A stretch of 26,894 nucleotides of DNA from NCBI GenBank assembly GCA_036398295.1, contig DASWHH010000271.1:1-26894 (forward strand), read 5' to 3'. The DNA is from a bacterium. Its GTDB lineage: Bacteria > Zhuqueibacterota > Zhuqueibacteria > Oceanimicrobiales > Oceanimicrobiaceae. The position numbers and the translations under genes are program-made. The notes below the pieces were generated by a model. That model was not told the DNA's origin and searched no databases. It saw only the letters and a list, made by a program, of their open reading frames with translations. Position 1 is the stretch's first letter. Each line of letters opens with the position of its first letter. Of the stretch, positions 24,851-26,894 are shown piece by piece.

Positions 24851-25078
24851 ATGGGTGCCATTGGAATGCAAGAGCTGCTGGTGATTTTTCTGATTGTACT
24901 TTTGCTTTTTGGCTCGAAGCGCCTGCCCGAGCTGGCGCGCGGCCTCGGCAAGGGCATCAGCGAATTCAAGAAAGCCGCCAACGATCTGAAAAGCGAATTG
25001 GACATAAGCGAGATTGAAAAAGACATCAAGAAAGACGTGAATGAACTGAACAACGTGCAACGAATCAAGAAACCTTGA
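24851..25078 (+). CDS. tatA: Twin-arginine translocase TatA/E family subunit (copy 1)
   Basis: [39 protein letters not shown], preceded by the RBS AGGAG. Confidence 0.93.
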   Translation: MGAIGMQELLVIFLIVLLLFGSKRLPELARGLGKGISEFKKAANDLKSELDISEIEKDIKKDVNELNNVQRIKKP

Positions 25079-25114
25079 GGTTTCTACTCAATTCATCAAA
25101 ATTGGAGAGCGGCC

Positions 25115-25300
25115 ATGTCATTAGGTATGACGGAAATACTAATCATATTCTTTCTGATTTTACTTTTGTTTGGGGCGAAAAAACTGCCGGAGCTGGCCAG
25201 GGGATTGGGTCGCAGTTTGAAAGAATTCAAGGATGCCACCCACGAAGGGATAAACGACGATAAGAAGTCGGAAATCGAATCGTCGCAAAAGAAACAATAG
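25115..25300 (+). CDS. tatA: Twin-arginine translocase TatA/E family subunit (copy 2)
   Basis: [39 protein letters not shown], preceded by GGAGAG. Confidence 0.93.
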   Translation: MSLGMTEILIIFFLILLLFGAKKLPELARGLGRSLKEFKDATHEGINDDKKSEIESSQKKQ

Positions 25301-25328
25301 CGCAGTTGACGATACAAATCAAAAATGT

Positions 25329-25385
25329 GAATATCGAATTTCGAACAAGGAATAACAAATTTCGAAGTTCGATATTTTTGTCGAT
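25329..25385. repeat. Heptamer-periodic element, copy B
   Basis: gaatatc gaatttc gaacaag gaataac aaatttc gaag (25329-25367) is the same 39-bp unit as at 12431 and 12471. It is followed by a shortened inverted arm, TTCGATATTTTTGTCGAT. Confidence 0.75.
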
Positions 25386-25397
25386 TGGGGAGAGAGA

Positions 25398-26864
25398 TTG
25401 GAATTTAGGAAGTTGAGTTTTTCCCGGGCCCGAGAGCTGCTTGCCCGGGGAGAGCTGACCTGCCAGAATCTGGTCGAGTCCTACCTGTCCAAAATAAATG
25501 AAGGCGCGCAACTCAACGCCTTCATTTCTGTTTTTGGGGAAAGCGCCTTGCGACAGGCCGAGCAGGTGGATTTGAAGCTGTACCAGAAACGCGCCGGAAA
25601 ACTGGCCGGCATGGTTTTGGCGGTGAAAGATATTATCGCTATAAAAGACCAAAGGCTCACCTGCGGCTCACGCATTCTGGAAAACTTTGTCTCCCTTTAC
25701 GACGCCACCGTCATTCAAAGATTGACCGCCGAAGATGCTATCATCATTGGCAAAACCAACATGGACGAATTTGCCATGGGCAGCTCGAATGAGAATTCAT
25801 TCTATGGACCGGTGAAAAATCCCCATGATCGCGAAAGGGTCCCCGGCGGGTCATCCGGAGGCTCTTGTGTGGCCGTGGCCGCCGACATGGCTCTGGCCGG
25901 CCTCGGCACGGACACCGGCGGCTCCATTCGGCAACCGGCCTCGTTCTGCGGAGTGGTCGGTTTGAAGCCCACCTACGGCCGGGTGTCGCGTTTTGGATTG
26001 GTGGCGTTTGCATCGTCACTCGATCAAATCGGCCCCATTACCCGGAGCGTTGAAGATGCGGCGTGTCTCCTCGAAATCCTGGCCGGCCACGACGAACGGG
26101 ATTCTACTTCTGCGCCCGTTCCCGTCCCCGAATTTACGAAGGCGCTTAAGCAGGGTGTGAGAGGCTTGCGGATCGGAATCCCCACAGAATATTTTGCCGA
26201 AGGACTGAATCCCGAAGTTCGCAGTGCGATTGATGCGACCGTCGAAAGACTTAAGCAAGACGGCGCACAATTGGTAACGGTATCCCTGCCGCACACCGAA
26301 TACGCCATTGCCGCCTATTACATTCTGGCCACCGCTGAAGCCTCGTCTAATCTGGCGCGCTACGATGGCGTGCGTTATGGCTTTCGCGCTGAGGGTGTGA
26401 AAGATTTAGAAGAGATGTATGTTCAAACCCGCAGCCAGGGTTTTGGTGAAGAAGTGCAACGGCGGATCATGTTAGGCACGTATGTGCTCTCCACCGGTTA
26501 TTATGACGCCTATTACCGCAAAGGCCAGAAGGTCCGCACACTCATTAGACAGGATTTCGAGCGCGCCTTTGAAAACTGCGATTGCCTGCTGACGCCAACC
26601 GCGCCAACTACGGCCTTCAAGTTGGGCGAGAAAACCAGTGACCCGTTAGAAATGTATCTCTCCGACATCTACACGGTTTCCGTTAACCTGGCGGGACTGC
26701 CGGCGATTTCCGTTCCCTGCGGACTGGATTCAAAGAACTTGCCCATTGGCGCGCAGATCATAGGTAAACCCTTTGACGAGGGAATGATTTTGCGGGTGGG
26801 AAGATATATTGAGGAGGAGGAAGTGAATGGGTTTAAACAAAGATCAACGAAAGAAGGCGTCTGA
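25398..26864 (+). CDS. gatA: Asp-tRNA(Asn)/Glu-tRNA(Gln) amidotransferase subunit A
   Basis: AVKDII (catalytic Lys), GKTNMDEFAMGSS, PGGSSGGS, GTDTGGSIRQPAS, EASSNLARYDGVRYG, EVQRRIMLGTYVLS and MYLSDIYTV. Confidence 0.97.
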   Translation: MEFRKLSFSRARELLARGELTCQNLVESYLSKINEGAQLNAFISVFGESALRQAEQVDLKLYQKRAGKLAGMVLAVKDIIAIKDQRLTCGSRILENFVSLYDATVIQRLTAEDAIIIGKTNMDEFAMGSSNENSFYGPVKNPHDRERVPGGSSGGSCVAVAADMALAGLGTDTGGSIRQPASFCGVVGLKPTYGRVSRFGLVAFASSLDQIGPITRSVEDAACLLEILAGHDERDSTSAPVPVPEFTKALKQGVRGLRIGIPTEYFAEGLNPEVRSAIDATVERLKQDGAQLVTVSLPHTEYAIAAYYILATAEASSNLARYDGVRYGFRAEGVKDLEEMYVQTRSQGFGEEVQRRIMLGTYVLSTGYYDAYYRKGQKVRTLIRQDFERAFENCDCLLTPTAPTTAFKLGEKTSDPLEMYLSDIYTVSVNLAGLPAISVPCGLDSKNLPIGAQIIGKPFDEGMILRVGRYIEEEEVNGFKQRSTKEGV

Positions 26865-26894
26865 TATTTTTGAAAAACTTGGAGTCACTGTGCT

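Overview
Gene-dense window of a bacterial chromosome with about 26 credible CDSs. I saw no rRNA, tRNA, CRISPR array, transposase or evident frameshift. The outer-membrane-type barrel, the lipoproteins and the gene mix suggest a diderm, plausibly an FCB-group organism such as KSB1 or Calditrichota (inference only). Layout: (1) a + strand block with a HAMP class III adenylate cyclase, a PorV-like barrel fused to TPRs, a NusG-domain-II protein and a Gx/ECF-S-like membrane protein, all with overlapping reading frames, followed by a TPR lipoprotein, pyrK-pyrD and cdsA; (2) a - strand peptide-utilisation cluster with an OPT transporter, an MFS transporter, an M20 peptidase and an M29-like protein; (3) a + strand housekeeping run: ecfT, truA, transaldolase, HtrA, purB, purC, psd, pssA, purS, purQ, DUF4321, two tatA and gatA. 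The strongest leads are a bacterial MFS carrying the motifs of the lysosomal dipeptide transporter MFSD1 inside the peptide cluster, an EetA/EetB-like pair with an orphan EcfT (possible flavin-export ECF module outside Firmicutes), a coupled cyclase and barrel-TPR pair (possible trans-envelope cAMP signalling), an M29 homolog lacking its HxD metal ligands, a switch-like 5' leader upstream of the OPT gene, and several intergenic palindromic or periodic repeat elements. All family assignments come from motif recognition by eye and from memory. No database search or folding program was run.
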